Source: Amoebidium appalachense
Lineage: Eukaryota; Protista; Ichthyosporea
Assembly: GCA_963693365.1 (NCBI GenBank)
Contig: CAVNZM010000012.1
Span: forward strand, 5,282,889-5,346,888
Direction of reading: 5' to 3'
DNA length: 64,000 bases
Part shown: positions 1 to 23,408 of the stretch, one piece after another
Position numbering within the stretch: the first letter of the stretch is position 1
How the letters are laid out: each line of letters starts with the position of its first letter
Translations under genes and position numbers: made by a program
Notes under the pieces: generated by a model
Databases searched by the model: none
The model's input: the letters and a program-made list of their open reading frames with translations, nothing else
What the model was told of the DNA's origin: nothing

Positions 1-169
1 CCCCCCCCCCCCCCCCCCCCCCCCCGCGCGCCCTTCCCCTGGCCCCCTCTCTCCTTGTAAGCCCTCCCACAAACTTCACATTCGCACAAACGGCACACCT
101 TAGGCTGTATACCAATCCCGACACATTTAACTACAGAAATCCCCAATAAACAAACATCCACCGTTGGGT

Positions 170-386
170 GGTTGACAATGTGTTGGTGTGGCGTGTCAAT
201 ATTCAGTCTGTGTTATGTGGTTGCTGGGGTTTGAATGCTATTGGTGCCACCTTTCAATCATTCATTCTTTCTTCTTTGGTGACAATGTTTTGTGGTGGCG
301 TGTCAATATTCAGTCTGTGTTATGTGGTTGCTGGGGTTTGAATTCTATTGGTGTGACCTTTCATTCATTCATTCATTCTTCTTTGG
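170..386. repeat. ~104-bp internal tandem duplication (present in all four units)
   Basis: gtggcgtgtcaatattcagtctgtgttatgtggttgctggggtttgaa occurs twice (188 and ~294), and again at ~16100, ~31570 and ~45020. Confidence 0.85.
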
Positions 387-577
387 TTTTGGGTTTGGAT
401 GGTGGCACGCATACCTTTCTCTTTTTCCCTTTCTTTCCCCCCACCTTTTATATTTATTGATTTTCTTGCGAGTGTGTGTGCTTATGCGTTTGCACACTGG
501 CTGTAGTGTTATGTGTGTGTTTCAAAATGTGTGATTTTGTCTGTGTGCGTGTGCGCGCGCGTGCGTTTCTCTGTGTG

Positions 578-685
<108 letters not shown>

Positions 686-1146
686 CCTCCCTCTGTGTGT
701 GTGTGTGTGTATGTGTGTGTGTGTGTGAAGGGGGAGGAGGCGGGAGGAGCGGGGGGAGCGGGGAAAGGGAGGTAAAGCACAAACTACACATACCGTTGCC
801 ACCATTCCAAAGGGAGACAACCGGCCAAGAGCAGTCTGACCGTTCTGAATGCCGAACACAGTTTGTTGGGGCCCTGTGCCGACCAGGAGTGAGACTGTAT
901 CCCCCCCCCCCCCCCAATTCCCACCGCACGTACGTGGAAAAACGTTGTGCGAGCCGTTTGTCAACCTTGTCTGAAACCCACAATACCCTCTTGTGTTATG
1001 TGTCTGCTCTTCTGCTTGGTGTGAATTCAGACATCCCCGTGTTTGTGTACACACAGGCACTGAACATACCAATTTAGCCCCATTGTTCACTGTGCATTCA
1101 TAAATGTACCCTCAATCGAGCTGATCAGAAGGGGGTAAAAAATGTG

Positions 1147-1224
<78 letters not shown>

Positions 1225-1479
1225 CGTGCGTGCATGTGTGTGCGTGCGTGCGTGCGTGCGTGCACGCGTGTGTGTGTCTGTGTTATGTGCGGGTGTTTGT
1301 GTGTAGGCAGGAGAGGAGGGGCAGGGAGAGAAAGCAAGCCCTAACGCGTGTGCACTGGCGACCATGTATGTATTCGTGTAGTACACATACATATATTCCC
1401 TTTGCCCCACGAACTCATTGAACCTAATATGACTTTCGTCCAGCCCTCCCCCCCCTCCCCCCCCCCCCCCCACACACAC

Positions 1480-1523
<44 letters not shown>

Positions 1524-2458
1524 CAACCCCTGGGGCCCTGCCCCATCCTGTTCCCCATTAATACATTAAACAGAGCCGTCACAGAGGTGGACAGAGGGAG
1601 AGGGGGGGGGGGGGGGGGGGGGGGGAAGGGGGAGGGGGAGCAGCAGGTAAACGGTTATCCGAAGAGAGACGAGGCAGACAAAGAACGGTACATCCTCGGC
1701 ACCTTTTCTCAATACAGCGGAGCCCCGAGATGTATACTCGAGCCTTCGAAAACAAAATGGGCCCAAAAGTTGAAGTTGAAGCTGCCATGCCAAACAGAGA
1801 CACATCTATCACACCACAACCACACACCTCTCCCTTGGGCCAGAGCATGTAGTGACCGTGTGCCCACCGACAGGAAGGGGTTGAAAGTGACGTAGCCCAT
1901 GCATGTGGATTGGTTGCTGGTGACTGCAGCAAACCGTACAGGCTGTAGGTGTACAAGTGAGCAAAGTAAGTAAAGTAAGTAAAGTAAGTAAAGTAAGTTG
2001 AGTAAACCAACTAGGAACCAAAGAGTGTGAGTGAATGGATGAGGGTGGTGCCTTCTGCACAGGCACACACAATTGTCCTGTCAGAGATGTGCGAGCATAG
2101 ACCAGCATGAGAGCAACTGCAATTTTGTTCACGTTGCCTTTTCCATGGGGTTGGAGCCATGCAGCCATTCTCTCCAAACAAGTGGTTATTCATTTCTGCC
2201 CACGAGGGAGGCTGGATATGAGTAATGAAGTGGGAGAAGTGGGGTGCGGGCGCAAACATAAGGTGTGTGTGTGTGTCTGGGTCTCTCTCTCTCTCTCTCT
2301 CCCCCCCTCCCCCCCCCCCCCCCCCCCCTCTCCGTCTCTCTTTCGCCCCCTCTCTCTCTCTCTCTCTCTCTCTCCCCCCCTCCCTCCCTCTCTCTCTCTC
2401 TCTCCCCCCCCCCCTCTCTCTCTCACACACACACCCCCCCCCCCCCCCCTCTTTCCCT

Positions 2459-2489
<31 letters not shown>

Positions 2490-2683
2490 TCTCTCTCTCT
2501 TCCCCTCACTCCCACTTCTTTTTTTAGCGGCGTGGGGTGTGGGGGGAGGCGAAAAAGGGGAAGGAGGGAGGCTCTACCTCTCTCTCTCTCTCTCTGTCTC
2601 CCCCCCCCCCTCCCTCCCCCCCTCCCTTTCTTTTTTTTAGGGGGTGTGCGGTGGGGGGGGGGGGGGGGGGGGGGGAGGGGGAA

Positions 2684-2727
<44 letters not shown>

Positions 2728-2730
2728 ATT

Positions 2731-2763
<33 letters not shown>

Positions 2764-2814
2764 ATCGCGCTCTCTCTCTCTCTTCTTCTTATTCTTCTTC
2801 TTCTTCTCCTTTTT

Positions 2815-2846
<32 letters not shown>

Positions 2847-3969
2847 GGGAGGTGGGGCGGGGGGGGGGGGGGGGGGGGGGGGAGGGGGCGGCGGGGGGGG
2901 GGGGGGGGGGGGGGGGGGAGATGGATACCTCTCCCACGAAGGTTGCTGGTATAGTTCCCGAGACAGCCACTCGAACCAACCTCCTGGTCAACATCCTCCC
3001 AGACGACAGACAAACAAGCAAACAAAGAGTATCTGCTAAAAAGAACAACATATTAGTCACAGACCAAGGGCCTGCCAAAAGTTGTCTTTTACGCAATTGA
3101 GACACCAAGCCATAGGTGCTGCACGTTGAAATAATTTCCACGGTGTTGCATATTATTCCTCGTAACCTTCTCCTCAGGGTGATACTTATTTCGTCTGGAA
3201 CCCCCCTTCCCCCCTCCCCTCCTCCCCCCTCCTCGCCTTCCCCCCAACCCTCCCTTCCCTCTCGATCCCAACTCTTTCCCTACCGGCACAACACTAGGTA
3301 CTTACAAGGATCTTCAACATGATGCAACCCCTCCCCCCCCCCACCCAACCCCCTCCTCCTCCCCTCCCCCCTCCCCCAGTCCCTGCCTACCAACTCTACC
3401 CGCGACTGCCATCAACGGGCTTGGTTTTGCCTCCACCAGCAAAAAGCAAAATAGCGTGTTCGGACAAGATGCAACACACGAACACCAAGTTCCCAGGGCT
3501 AACTAAAATAGGGCTGGATGATTCTAGCTTTTCGGTGAGAATTGAAATGGAACAAAGAACTGTGCGGGCAATATGATGGCAGAGGCAAAATAATCATGCA
3601 TGTATTGTGTTTGTGGGTGGAAGGGCGGAAAAAAGCGGGGGTTGGAGAAAGGAGCGGAGGGGTAGGGGAGGGAGAGGACGGAGGGTGTGCAAGGGGGGGG
3701 GGGAGAGGGGGAGGACGAGGGGGGGGGGGGGGGGGGGGAGAAGGGGGGGAGGGGGGAGGGGGGGAGGGGGGGGGGGGGGGGGGGGGAGGGGGGGGGGCGC
3801 AGCAGGCCCTTACGGTTCAGTATGTCGAAGCTTACACATGTGGTTACTTGTACAGTACTCTGCTAGGTCAACACAAATAATGCGCTGGTTTTCCGGACTG
3901 CCTTGGCAATGTTTGGGGTTCGGTGGTGATGGCTTATCTAGCGTCATTCCTATTGGTAGAAAGAAAAAT

Positions 3970-4005
3970 GGCGGGAAAATGTGACTCGTGAGCCCTCCTC
4001 ACGTG
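3970..4005. promoter_or_regulatory. Candidate promoter elements: E2F-type site (GGCGGGAAAA) and E-box (CACGTG) ~200 bp upstream of the PAS gene ATG
   Basis: Both motifs lie in a CpG-rich, microsatellite-free stretch and recur in all four copies. Function is inferred from motif similarity only. Confidence 0.3.
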
Positions 4006-4202
4006 TGCACGGCGGCGAACTTCGAAAGGGCTGGTTCGATCGACTGCAGACAGACCCGTTTGCTTTGCGCCGTCCGGGTACAGTACAGAACGGAAACATG
4101 CATATTCCAAACGCGTGATCGGTTTGTTTGGCTTGCATATGATAGTTTCAGTTTGAAGGCCAGCTGTGGAAAAACACGGGTTTCAGCAAGCAGGCAACGA
4201 GA

Positions 4203-12179
<7,977 letters not shown>

Positions 12180-12935
12180 AACTTTCGGTTTTCAGTTTTT
12201 TTTGTTTCTATGCCTTTATTTTATTTTTTTTTTTTTTTTGCGCTTGTTTGTTTTTAGTGTGCGAAGGTCTTTGTTTGTTATCATATTTCCTGCTGCATGC
12301 CTTGTTTGCCCACTCAATCATTTCCTTTTTTGTATCTTCCCCCCCCCCCCCCCCCCCCTCCCCCAGGCATCTAAGTTTTGTGCCCGTATGCTCAATTCTG
12401 TGTTGTTGCTGTGTTCTCTACTTGCCATATACGGTATTGTTTTCAGTGTGTAAACCCCTTTCAGTTATAATCATTATCCGCGAAACAGGGTATTTAACTC
12501 TGAGAGGAAAAGAAAAGAAATAAAGAGAGGTGGGGGTGGCCGTGGGGGAAGCGAGGAGCAATAGCCACGAGGGCTTAAAGGAGGGGCCGGGAGGGGGTGG
12601 GCGACGGTGCGCCCAGCCGCGGGGATGGGGCGCGGCTGTGCATATGCATGGTGGGGGTACGGTGGGGTGGGGGGAGGGGGCCACGTGAGTGAGGGGGGGA
12701 GGCCTAGGGGGGAGAGGGGGCGGGAGGACAGCGGGCACAATGGAAGGAGCTGGTGGAGGGTCAGGGAGGAGGAAAGAGGGAGAAAGAGAGCGACAAGAGA
12801 GAGAGGTTGGAAAGGGAGGAGGGCCGGGGGAAAAGAGAAGCAGACGTCGGATATAGAGCCTTGAAGAGAGAGACTGAGAGAGTGAGATCTCTAGAGAGAG
12901 AGAAGAAGGGTCGGGGAGAGAAGGGAAGGGAGGGG

Positions 12936-12994
<59 letters not shown>

Positions 12995-13044
12995 GGAGGA
13001 GGGGAGTGGGGGAGAGATCTCGGGAGAGAGAGAGAGGGAGTCTC

Positions 13045-13077
<33 letters not shown>

Positions 13078-13586
13078 TGAGATCGTATGTTCCACTGGGG
13101 CGCCGGCAGGACAAAAGCACCATTCCAAGTAAAACTCACTAAAGGCCAGACAAGAATATATTTTGGCAGCAATGCACTAGATATCCGATTAATCTTACTA
13201 TATAGTATAGCACTGGGATTCTAGTGATACGTCTTATAGTCTTTGTCCACATTGGCAGGAGTTATAAATGCGCAAATCTCACTCTCCTACGTCATATATA
13301 CACATGTATATGTACATCTGACAATCACCGCTCGAAACGATACAGTATGCACAACCTTGAATACATGTACCTTACGTTCCCTTCAGCCTCCGTACCTGAC
13401 CGCCTACCACACTCAAACTGTTATTTTTCTGCCCCAACCCTCCTTAAAGCTAACCTTTTCACCCGCGCCTGAGCTGTGCCCCGCCACCCCGTCATTATTC
13501 CAGCCAGTGACGTCACCGACAGCCAATGGGGTGTCCTTGTTGTTGCTCTGTGGACCTGCCTGTTGCTTTGAGGTGAACTGTTGGTA

Positions 13587-14546
13587 TCACCGCCAATTTT
13601 TTGGGTCGCATAGGGGATGATGTGGTTGGGAATGTTCGTTGGCAGCGGTATGCGTAACACCATTGGGGCCTTCGTTTTTGGTTGCTATCGTGTGGTTGAG
13701 GATGGTTGGCGGCAGAGGGAGTTCGTACCCGTAGTCGGTCGGGCAGAAGTTTGTTGGGGGCAGAGGGCCGCGTGGTTCGTTTTGCTGCGCCCATACAGCC
13801 AATACTTCTCGATCGTATGCCCGGCCTCCCTCGGTGATTGATGCAAAATTACCTATATATTTATGCTGCGAGTTGCCTAAAACAGTTCTATCCCATCGGT
13901 GCACTTGGTAGGGTTTGGATAAACGGTATGCGCCTGTAGAGAAAACGACACCTATGCAACCCTCCTGCTCTGCTTCCACTCTACTCATGTAATCGCTACG
14001 AAGAAAAAAGTTTACGCGCAGGAGTTTCTCTCGTTTTGGAATGTCCAGAGCACGTATCACATCGTCCCTTGCAAGTGCCGCTTCCACTTCTGTCGCGAAC
14101 CCCCCGCTGTAATGATAAACACCATCCTTCCGATACTCCGCATTCCAAGGCTTTTGGATGTACCTAATATTGTAGCTTACGCCCTTGTACACTGACGATT
14201 TCGTCTTTGTTGCTTTCTTTGCCCACCACTCCTCTGCCCAATCCAAATCATCGGCTGTCGGTTTGAATTTACGCAAATTCCCGAGGCTAACATTTTTAGA
14301 ATCCAGGTATCGGTGAGCCAACACCCCCTTCTGCACCAACAAGTCAATGGCCAAATCCCGCTGCCGTGCAGCCGTGCGACTGTTGTCGTAGTAACCGACA
14401 TGCATGTTGCCTATCTTTGCATACCATTCCGCTTTACCACTCCAATATACTCCCCGGTAGTGTTGGCCTGTGTCTTTCACATTTCGGGTCGCAAATGGGC
14501 GAACGGGCCCAAAGAGTGTCTGCCAGCCGCGCGACCTTCCCTGCAT
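13587..14546 (-). CDS. Triple AP2/ERF-domain DNA-binding protein, copy 1 (319 aa; may be the last exon of a longer gene)
   Basis: Three AP2-like repeats: HYRGVYWSGKAEWYAKIGNMHVGYYDNSRTAARQRDLA; SVYKGVSY..KPWNAEYRKDGVYHYSGGFATEVEAALARD...VNF; CIGVVF..KPYQVH..KYIGNFASITEGGRAYDREVL...PTNF. The ATG overlaps a possible acceptor (tatgcag|GGA). Confidence 0.85.
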   Translation of the reverse strand: MQGRSRGWQTLFGPVRPFATRNVKDTGQHYRGVYWSGKAEWYAKIGNMHVGYYDNSRTAARQRDLAIDLLVQKGVLAHRYLDSKNVSLGNLRKFKPTADDLDWAEEWWAKKATKTKSSVYKGVSYNIRYIQKPWNAEYRKDGVYHYSGGFATEVEAALARDDVIRALDIPKREKLLRVNFFLRSDYMSRVEAEQEGCIGVVFSTGAYRLSKPYQVHRWDRTVLGNSQHKYIGNFASITEGGRAYDREVLAVWAQQNEPRGPLPPTNFCPTDYGYELPLPPTILNHTIATKNEGPNGVTHTAANEHSQPHHPLCDPKNWR

Positions 14547-14619
14547 AGCGTTTTACGTCAGAGATGAGAAAAAGTACAGATGTTTATTCTCTTGATTTTA
14601 GACTTTAAAAAGGCATCGT

Positions 14620-15923
<1,304 letters not shown>

Positions 15924-16491
15924 TTTAGACTTTAAAAAGGCATCGTAAGTGCACTTGCGGCAGCTGAGCTTTGCGATGATCATTGCCTACCCCCCCCCCC
16001 CCCCCAGCCCCCGCGCGCCCTTCCCCTGGCCCCCTCTCTCCTTTAACTACAGAAATCCCCAATAAACAAACATCCACCGTTGGGTGGTTGACAATGTGTT
16101 GGTGTGGCGTGTCAATATTCAGTCTGTGTTATGTGGTTGCTGGGGTTTGAATGCTATTGGTGCCACCTTTCATTCATTCATTCTTTCTTCTTTGGTGACA
16201 AGTTTTGGTGTGGCGTGTCAATATTCAGTCTGTGTTATGTGGTTGCTGGGGTTTGAATTCTATTGGTGTGACCTTTCATTCATTCATTCTTTCTTCTTTG
16301 GTTTTGGGTTTGGATGGTGGCACGCATACCTTTCTCTTTTTCCCTTTCTTTCCCCCCACCTTTTATATCTATTGATTTTCTTGCGAGTGTGTGTGCTTAT
16401 GCGTTTGCACACTGGCTCTAGTGTATGTGTGTGTTTCAAAATGTGTGATTTTGTCTATGTGCGTGTGTGCGCGCGTGCGTTTCTCTGTGTG

Positions 16492-16593
<102 letters not shown>

Positions 16594-16801
16594 TGTGTGT
16601 GTGTGTGTGTATGTGTGTGTGTGTGTGTGAAGGGGAAGGAGGCGGGAGGAGCGGGGGGAGCGGGGAAAGGGAGGTAAAGCACAAACTACACATACCGTTG
16701 CCACCATTCCAAAGGGAGACAACCGGCCAAGAGCAGTCTGACCGTTCTGAATGCCGAACACAGTTTGTTGGGGCCCTGTGCCGACCAGGAGTGAGACTGT
16801 A

Positions 16802-16835
<34 letters not shown>

Positions 16836-17061
16836 TCCCACCGCACGTACGTGGAAAAACGATGTGCGAGCAGTTTGTCAACCTTGTCTGAAACCCAAAA
16901 TACCCTCTTGTGTTATGTGTCTGCTCTTCTGCTTGGTGTGAATTCAGACATCCCCGTGTTTGTGTACACAGGCACGGAACATACCAATTTAGCCCCATTG
17001 TTCACTGTGCATTCATAAATGTACCCTCAATCGAGCTGATCAGAAGGGGGAAAAAAATGTG

Positions 17062-17151
<90 letters not shown>

Positions 17152-17433
17152 CGTGCGTGCATGTGTGTGCGTGCGTGCGTGTGTGCACGCGCGTGTGTGT
17201 CTGTGTTATGTGTGGGTGTTTGTGTGTAGGCAGGAGAGGAGGGGCAGGGAGAGAAAGCAAGCCCTAACGCGTGTGCACTGGCGACCATGTATGTATTCGT
17301 GTAGTACACATACATATATTCCCTTTGCCCCACGAACTCATTGAACCTAATATGACTTTCGTCCAGCCCCTCCCCCCCCCCCCCCCCTCCCCCCCTCCCC
17401 CCCCCCCCCCCCCCCCCCCCCCCACACACACAC

Positions 17434-17471
<38 letters not shown>

Positions 17472-18304
17472 CAACCCCTGGGGCCCTGCCCCATCCTGTT
17501 CCCCATTAATACTTTAAACAGAGCCGTCACAGAGGTGGACAGAGGGAGAGGGGGGGGGGGGGGGGGGGGGGGGGAAGGGGGGAGGGGGGAGCAGCAGGTA
17601 AACGGTTATCCGAAGAGAGACGAGGCAGACAAAGAACGGTACATCCTCGGCACCTTTTCTCAATACTGCGGAGCCCCGAGATGTATGCTCGAGCCTTCGA
17701 AAACAAAATGGGCCCAAAAGTTGAAGTTGAAGCTGCCATGCCAAACAGAGACACATCTATCACACCACAACCACACACCTCTCCCTTGGGCCAGAGCATG
17801 TAGTGACCGTGTGCCCACCGACAGGAAGGGGTTGAAAGTGACGTAGCCCATGCATGTGGATTGGTTGCTGGTGACTGCAGCAAACCGTACAGGCTGTAGG
17901 TGTACAAGTGAGCAAAGTAAGTAAAGTAAGTAAAGTAAGTAAAGTAAGTTGAGTAAACCAACTAGGAACCACAGAGTGTGAGTGAATGGATGAGGGTGGT
18001 GCCTTCTGCACAGGCACACACAATTGTCCTGTCAGAGATGTGCGAGCATAGACCAGCATGAGAGCAACTGCAATTTTGTTCACGTTGCCTTTTCCATGGG
18101 GATGGAGCCATGCAGCCATTCTCTCCAAACAAGTGGTTATTCATTTCTGCCCAGGAGGGAGGCTGGATATGAGTAATGAAGTGGGAGAAGCGGGGTGCGG
18201 GCGGAAACGTAAGGTGTGTGTGTGTGTCTGGGTCTCTCTCTCTCTCTCTCTCTCCCCCCTCCCCCCCCCCCCCCCCCCCCCCCTCTCCGTCTCTCTTTCG
18301 CCCC

Positions 18305-18335
<31 letters not shown>

Positions 18336-18418
18336 CCTCCCTCCCTCTCTCTCTCTCCCTCCCCTCTCCCTCTCTCTCTCACACACACACTCCCCCCCTC
18401 CCCCCTCTCTCCCCCCCC

Positions 18419-18453
<35 letters not shown>

Positions 18454-18626
18454 TCTCTCTCTTCCCCTCACTCCCACTTCTTTTTTTAGCGGCGTGGCGT
18501 GTGGGGGGGAGGCGAAAAAGGGGAAGGAGGGAGGCTCTACCTCTCTCTCTCTCTCTCTGTCTCTCCCCCCTCCCTCCGCCCCTCCCTTTCTTTTTTTTAG
18601 GGGGTGTGCGGTGGGGGGGGGGGGAA

Positions 18627-18725
<99 letters not shown>

Positions 18726-18748
18726 TCTTATTCTTCTTCTTCTTCTCC

Positions 18749-18779
<31 letters not shown>

Positions 18780-20470
18780 GGAGGTGGGCCGGGGGGGGCG
18801 GGGGGAGGGGGGAGGAGGGGCGGCGCGGGGGGAGGGGGGGGGGGGGAGATGGATACCTCTCCCACGAAGGTTGCTGGTATAGTTCCCGAGACAGCCACTC
18901 GAACCAACCTCCTGGTCAACATCCTCCCAGACGACAGACAAACAAGCAAACAAAGAGTATCTGCTAAAAAGAACAACATATTAGCCACAGACCAAGGGCC
19001 TGCCAAAAGTTGTCTTTTACGCAAGTGAGACACCAAGCCATAGGTGCTGCACGTTGAATAAATCTCCACGGTGTTGCATATTATTCCTCGTAACCTTCTG
19101 CTTAGGGTGATACTTATTTCGTCTGGAACCACCCTTCCCCCACTCCCCTCCTCCTTCCCCTCCTCCCCTTCCCCCCACCCCTCCCTTCCCTCTCGATCCC
19201 AACTCTTTCCCTACCGGCATAACACTAGGTACTTACAAGGCTCTTCAACATGATGCAACCCCCCCCCCCCCCCACACCCACCCACCCACCCACCCACCAT
19301 CTCCTCCTCCCCTCCCCCCCCTCCCCCAGTCCCTGCCTACCAACTCTACCCGCGACTGCCATCAACGGGCTTGGTTCTGCCTCCACCAGCAAAAAGCAAA
19401 ATAGCGTGTTCGGACAAGATGCAACACACGAACAACAAGTTCCCAGGGCTAACTAAAATAGGGCTGGATGATTCTAGCTTTTCGGTGAGAATTGAAATGG
19501 AACAAAGAGCTGTGCGGGCAATATGATGGCAGAGGCAAAATAATCATGCATGTATTGTGTTTGTGGGTGGAAGGAGCGGAAAAAAGCGGGAGTTGGAGAA
19601 AGGAGCGGAGGGGTAGGGGAGGGAGAGGACGGAGGGTGTGCAAGGGGGGGGGAGAGGGGGAGGACGAGGGGGGGGGGGGGGGGGGAAGGGGGGGGGAGGG
19701 GGGGGGAGGGGGGAGGGGGGGGGGTGCAGCAGGCCCTTACGGTTCAGTATGTCGAAGCTCACACATGTGGTCACTTGTACAGTACTCTGCTAGGTCAACA
19801 CAAATAATGCGCTGGTTTTCCGGACTGCCTTGGCAATGTTTGGGGTTCGGTGGTGATGGCTTATCTAGCGTCATTCCTATTGGTAGAAAGAAAAATGGCG
19901 GGAAAATGTGACTCGTGAGCCCTCCTCACGTGTGCACGGCGGCGAACTTCGAAAGGGCTGGTTCGATCGACTGCAGACAGACCCGTTTGCTTTGCGCCGT
20001 CCGGGTACAGTACAGAACGGAAACATGCATATTCCAAATGCGTGATCGGTTTGTTTGGCTTGCATATGATAGTTTCAGTTTGAAGGCCAGCTGTGGAAAA
20101 ACACGGGTTTCAGCAAGCAGGCAACGAGAATGATGCATACACAAATATTATGTGACACACAGAATTCGAAGAGAAAAAAAGGTAGAGGCAGGCAGAGGTG
20201 GGGCGGGGGGGAGGGGGGGGGGGGGGGGGGGGGGGGGGGTATTGGTTTTCGATGGGAAATTGTGAAAACATTGTTTATATAATCTAAAACTATCTATGTA
20301 TTTGCATGGGTTCGTTTCTATCCTCGCACACCCCTTCAAAAAAATGGTTTTGCATGTCTTCAGACCTCTTACGTCCTACATAAGCATGCACACTAATAAT
20401 TTCTTAGACGCACGCAAAGGGTGATCGACGTTTCCTGTGCACGCACACAAAGACCACACACACACACACA

Positions 20471-20589
<119 letters not shown>

Positions 20590-21159
20590 CCACGTCCTAC
20601 ACAGGCGCAAGTGCCGGTTGAGTGGATTGGCGATTTGGTGTTTTTGGTCGATCGGAGGGGCATCATACAGCGTGCCTCCCCTTCCTGTCTGCGTTTCATG
20701 GGGGTGTGTTATCCCCCCCCCCTCCCCCCCCGCCTCCCCCCCCCCCCCCCCCCCGCCCCCGCCCCCACCCCCACCCCCTCCCCCCAGTCCCCCACAGGAC
20801 CTCGCCCCTCATTAATATGTCCCTCCCATCCACACACCCATTTTATTAACTCGATTTTTAGTTGGCATAGTTTGTTCTTTTACCGATATTCCCTGTGGGT
20901 GGTCACAGGTGAATATCGAAATAGACCGGCTAGCACACACAACAAAATGTCAAAGAAGGAAGGTTTGTAGTCTCCCGTAGGGCATTTTTCTGCACGTGAC
21001 TCACGACACACAACCCCGGGGTATACATCATTACGGTCCTTTGTGATATTCGACCGTGTGAACTGTTTTTTTTTTTCCTTTCCCGCTTTCCAAATCCCAT
21101 TTCCATATTGATTACATGATTGTATGACCTCGTGCCTGTGAACAGGATTCGTGCCATTT

Positions 21160-21223
<64 letters not shown>

Positions 21224-21689
21224 TCTCGGATAAGGAAAAAAAAAAGTAGAAGGAAGAACGAGCAACAAAAAAAAAAAAAAAAAAAAAAAAGAGAGAAGGG
21301 AAAAAAAAAAAAAGGGAAAAGGAAAAAACCAAGCCTGCCCCATACACCCACGCGCACCCCATACTACATGCAGTCCCCCTCCCCCCCTCCCAACCCCTCC
21401 CTTCACCTCTTCCCCGTCCCCTTCTCCCCCCTCTTTTCCCCTCCTTTTCCACCCAGCACACACACCCCACTCACCATGTGCTGTTTTCAGGCCCCAGCCA
21501 GTCGTCTTACCGGTCGCAGCATGTTGGACTTTGTGCACTGATCTAATGTGCGCCAACTGCAAGATGCCTTAGCAACAGTAACGAGCCCCCCCCCCCCCCC
21601 CCCCTTCCCCCCCCCCGCCGCCTCCTTGCCTCCTCCCCTCCCACTCTCCACTTCCCCGCCCGCTCCACCTCCCCCAGCCCCTTCTCCCC

Positions 21690-22716
21690 GGAGCGTGCAC
21701 ACAAATACTACTGCAAGATGCCGTATCGTATGACCGACAAGAACTCTGCATTGAATATTTTGCAGTTGAGTACTAGTACTCCAAATATGGTGAAATCTAC
21801 GATATCCGGCGAGCATGTTTGTATGTCGTAGTCCACATGTCGACGATATTATGTATCGTCTTACGACCGTTTGTACCGTACGATATATCGTTTTACGACA
21901 GTAATATGGATGGTATTGTTACAGTCTTGGGGATGGCCCATGGATATACATAAGGCGTGTTATGGATTATGTTTGGACATCTTTATTACACCTACTAGAC
22001 ATGTGAACCACCGAAAAATGGATACTACAAGATGGAAACATTTGCACGGTCAATAACGTGCAGGGGATTGATGGGGGCCCAACCAAATTTTGCATTAGGC
22101 AGTGTCTCTGTGTGGGTGATGTAACAAAACCGGTCGGACTGTCCCCCCATTTCTGTGGGAAAAGTTATTGACCGTTGTACGTCCATATTATGCAAAATGC
22201 GCTGTAATACATAGGGAAAGGGGGGGATTCAACGGTTAATAACGTGCAGGGGATTGTTGGGAGCACAACCAAACTTTGCATTAGGCAGTTTCTCTGTGTG
22301 GGGGGTCTAACAAAACCGGTCGGAATGGGGGGATATCACCACTTTCATTCCGCGGCCACCTGATGAGCCTCATCCGCTTTCCATGAGGCGTGCAAAAACA
22401 AATTCACATGTCAGTTGCGCCCGTTAGATAATCTCCTTGTGATCATTATGATGACCGTATGGATTTTGGTATGTGATCACTATAATGATCGTATGAGGCA
22501 TAGAATGAGATCATTATGATGATCGTATGGGGGTATAACTAGCGATCCTTATGGTGGTCGTATGGGGCATATAATGAGATCATTATAATGATCGTATGGG
22601 GGTATAATTAGCGATCCTTATGGTGGTCGTATGGGGCTTCTATGAAAAACTACTCCGGGGGTCATTCATTCCCAGGACACCCCTACCCCCCAATATATAT
22701 ATATATATATATATAT

Positions 22717-22767
<51 letters not shown>

Positions 22768-23359
22768 CATACTATATATATACATAAAACTATTGTACTT
22801 ATACATTATAAAAACCCCAACTTATATATATATATATATATATATACTATATGATATATATATATATACACATAAAACTATTGTACTTATACATTATAAA
22901 AACAGTATTTATTATTGCAGAATTCGCCGTTTCTTATTAGTTTACAGACGTCGGAAACCTCAAATTAAGATGCTCAGAATCGCCTTCACAGTATGCTTTG
23001 TTTTCGACGTCGACGATACCCATCATGTTAGCCTACACAGTATACATACGTAGAACAGGCTTACGACGTCCATAGCACATCTATAGCATTGGAATAGGTG
23101 CTACATTTGGTTAATGGACGGTGTAAACGCATGCACAGCATGTCCATCGGATGATGTTGGCATATACACATGAGGGTCGAGAAATCAGTGGACCTCTTTA
23201 TTACCCTGTAACATGCTTGTCGACGTCGACGATGGGTTTTCAGCTTTTCCATCCATTAAAATGTCGAGGGTACCAAACGCAGCCACTCAGGTATCGTAAA
23301 CTACTCCGAACCCGTCGTCGACGTCGTAGAGGGGTTTCCGATGGGGGGGGAAGATTGCT

Positions 23360-23360
<1 letters not shown>
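21690..23360. mobile_element. AT-rich composite insertion replacing ~4.5 kb of the PAS gene (TE-terminus-like repeats, minisatellite, (TA)n)
   Basis: No counterpart in copies 1 or 3. Contains an ~85-bp direct repeat (~22052-22138 and ~22238-22324), a ~33-bp gatcattatgatgatcgtatgggg-type minisatellite (22440-22636) and (TA)n at 22692-22870. Confidence 0.5.

Positions 23361-23408
<48 letters not shown>

Noticed and set aside
22440-22636. CRISPR-like repeat appearance
   Set aside because: Degenerate contiguous tandem units with no unique spacers and no cas genes, in a eukaryotic context.
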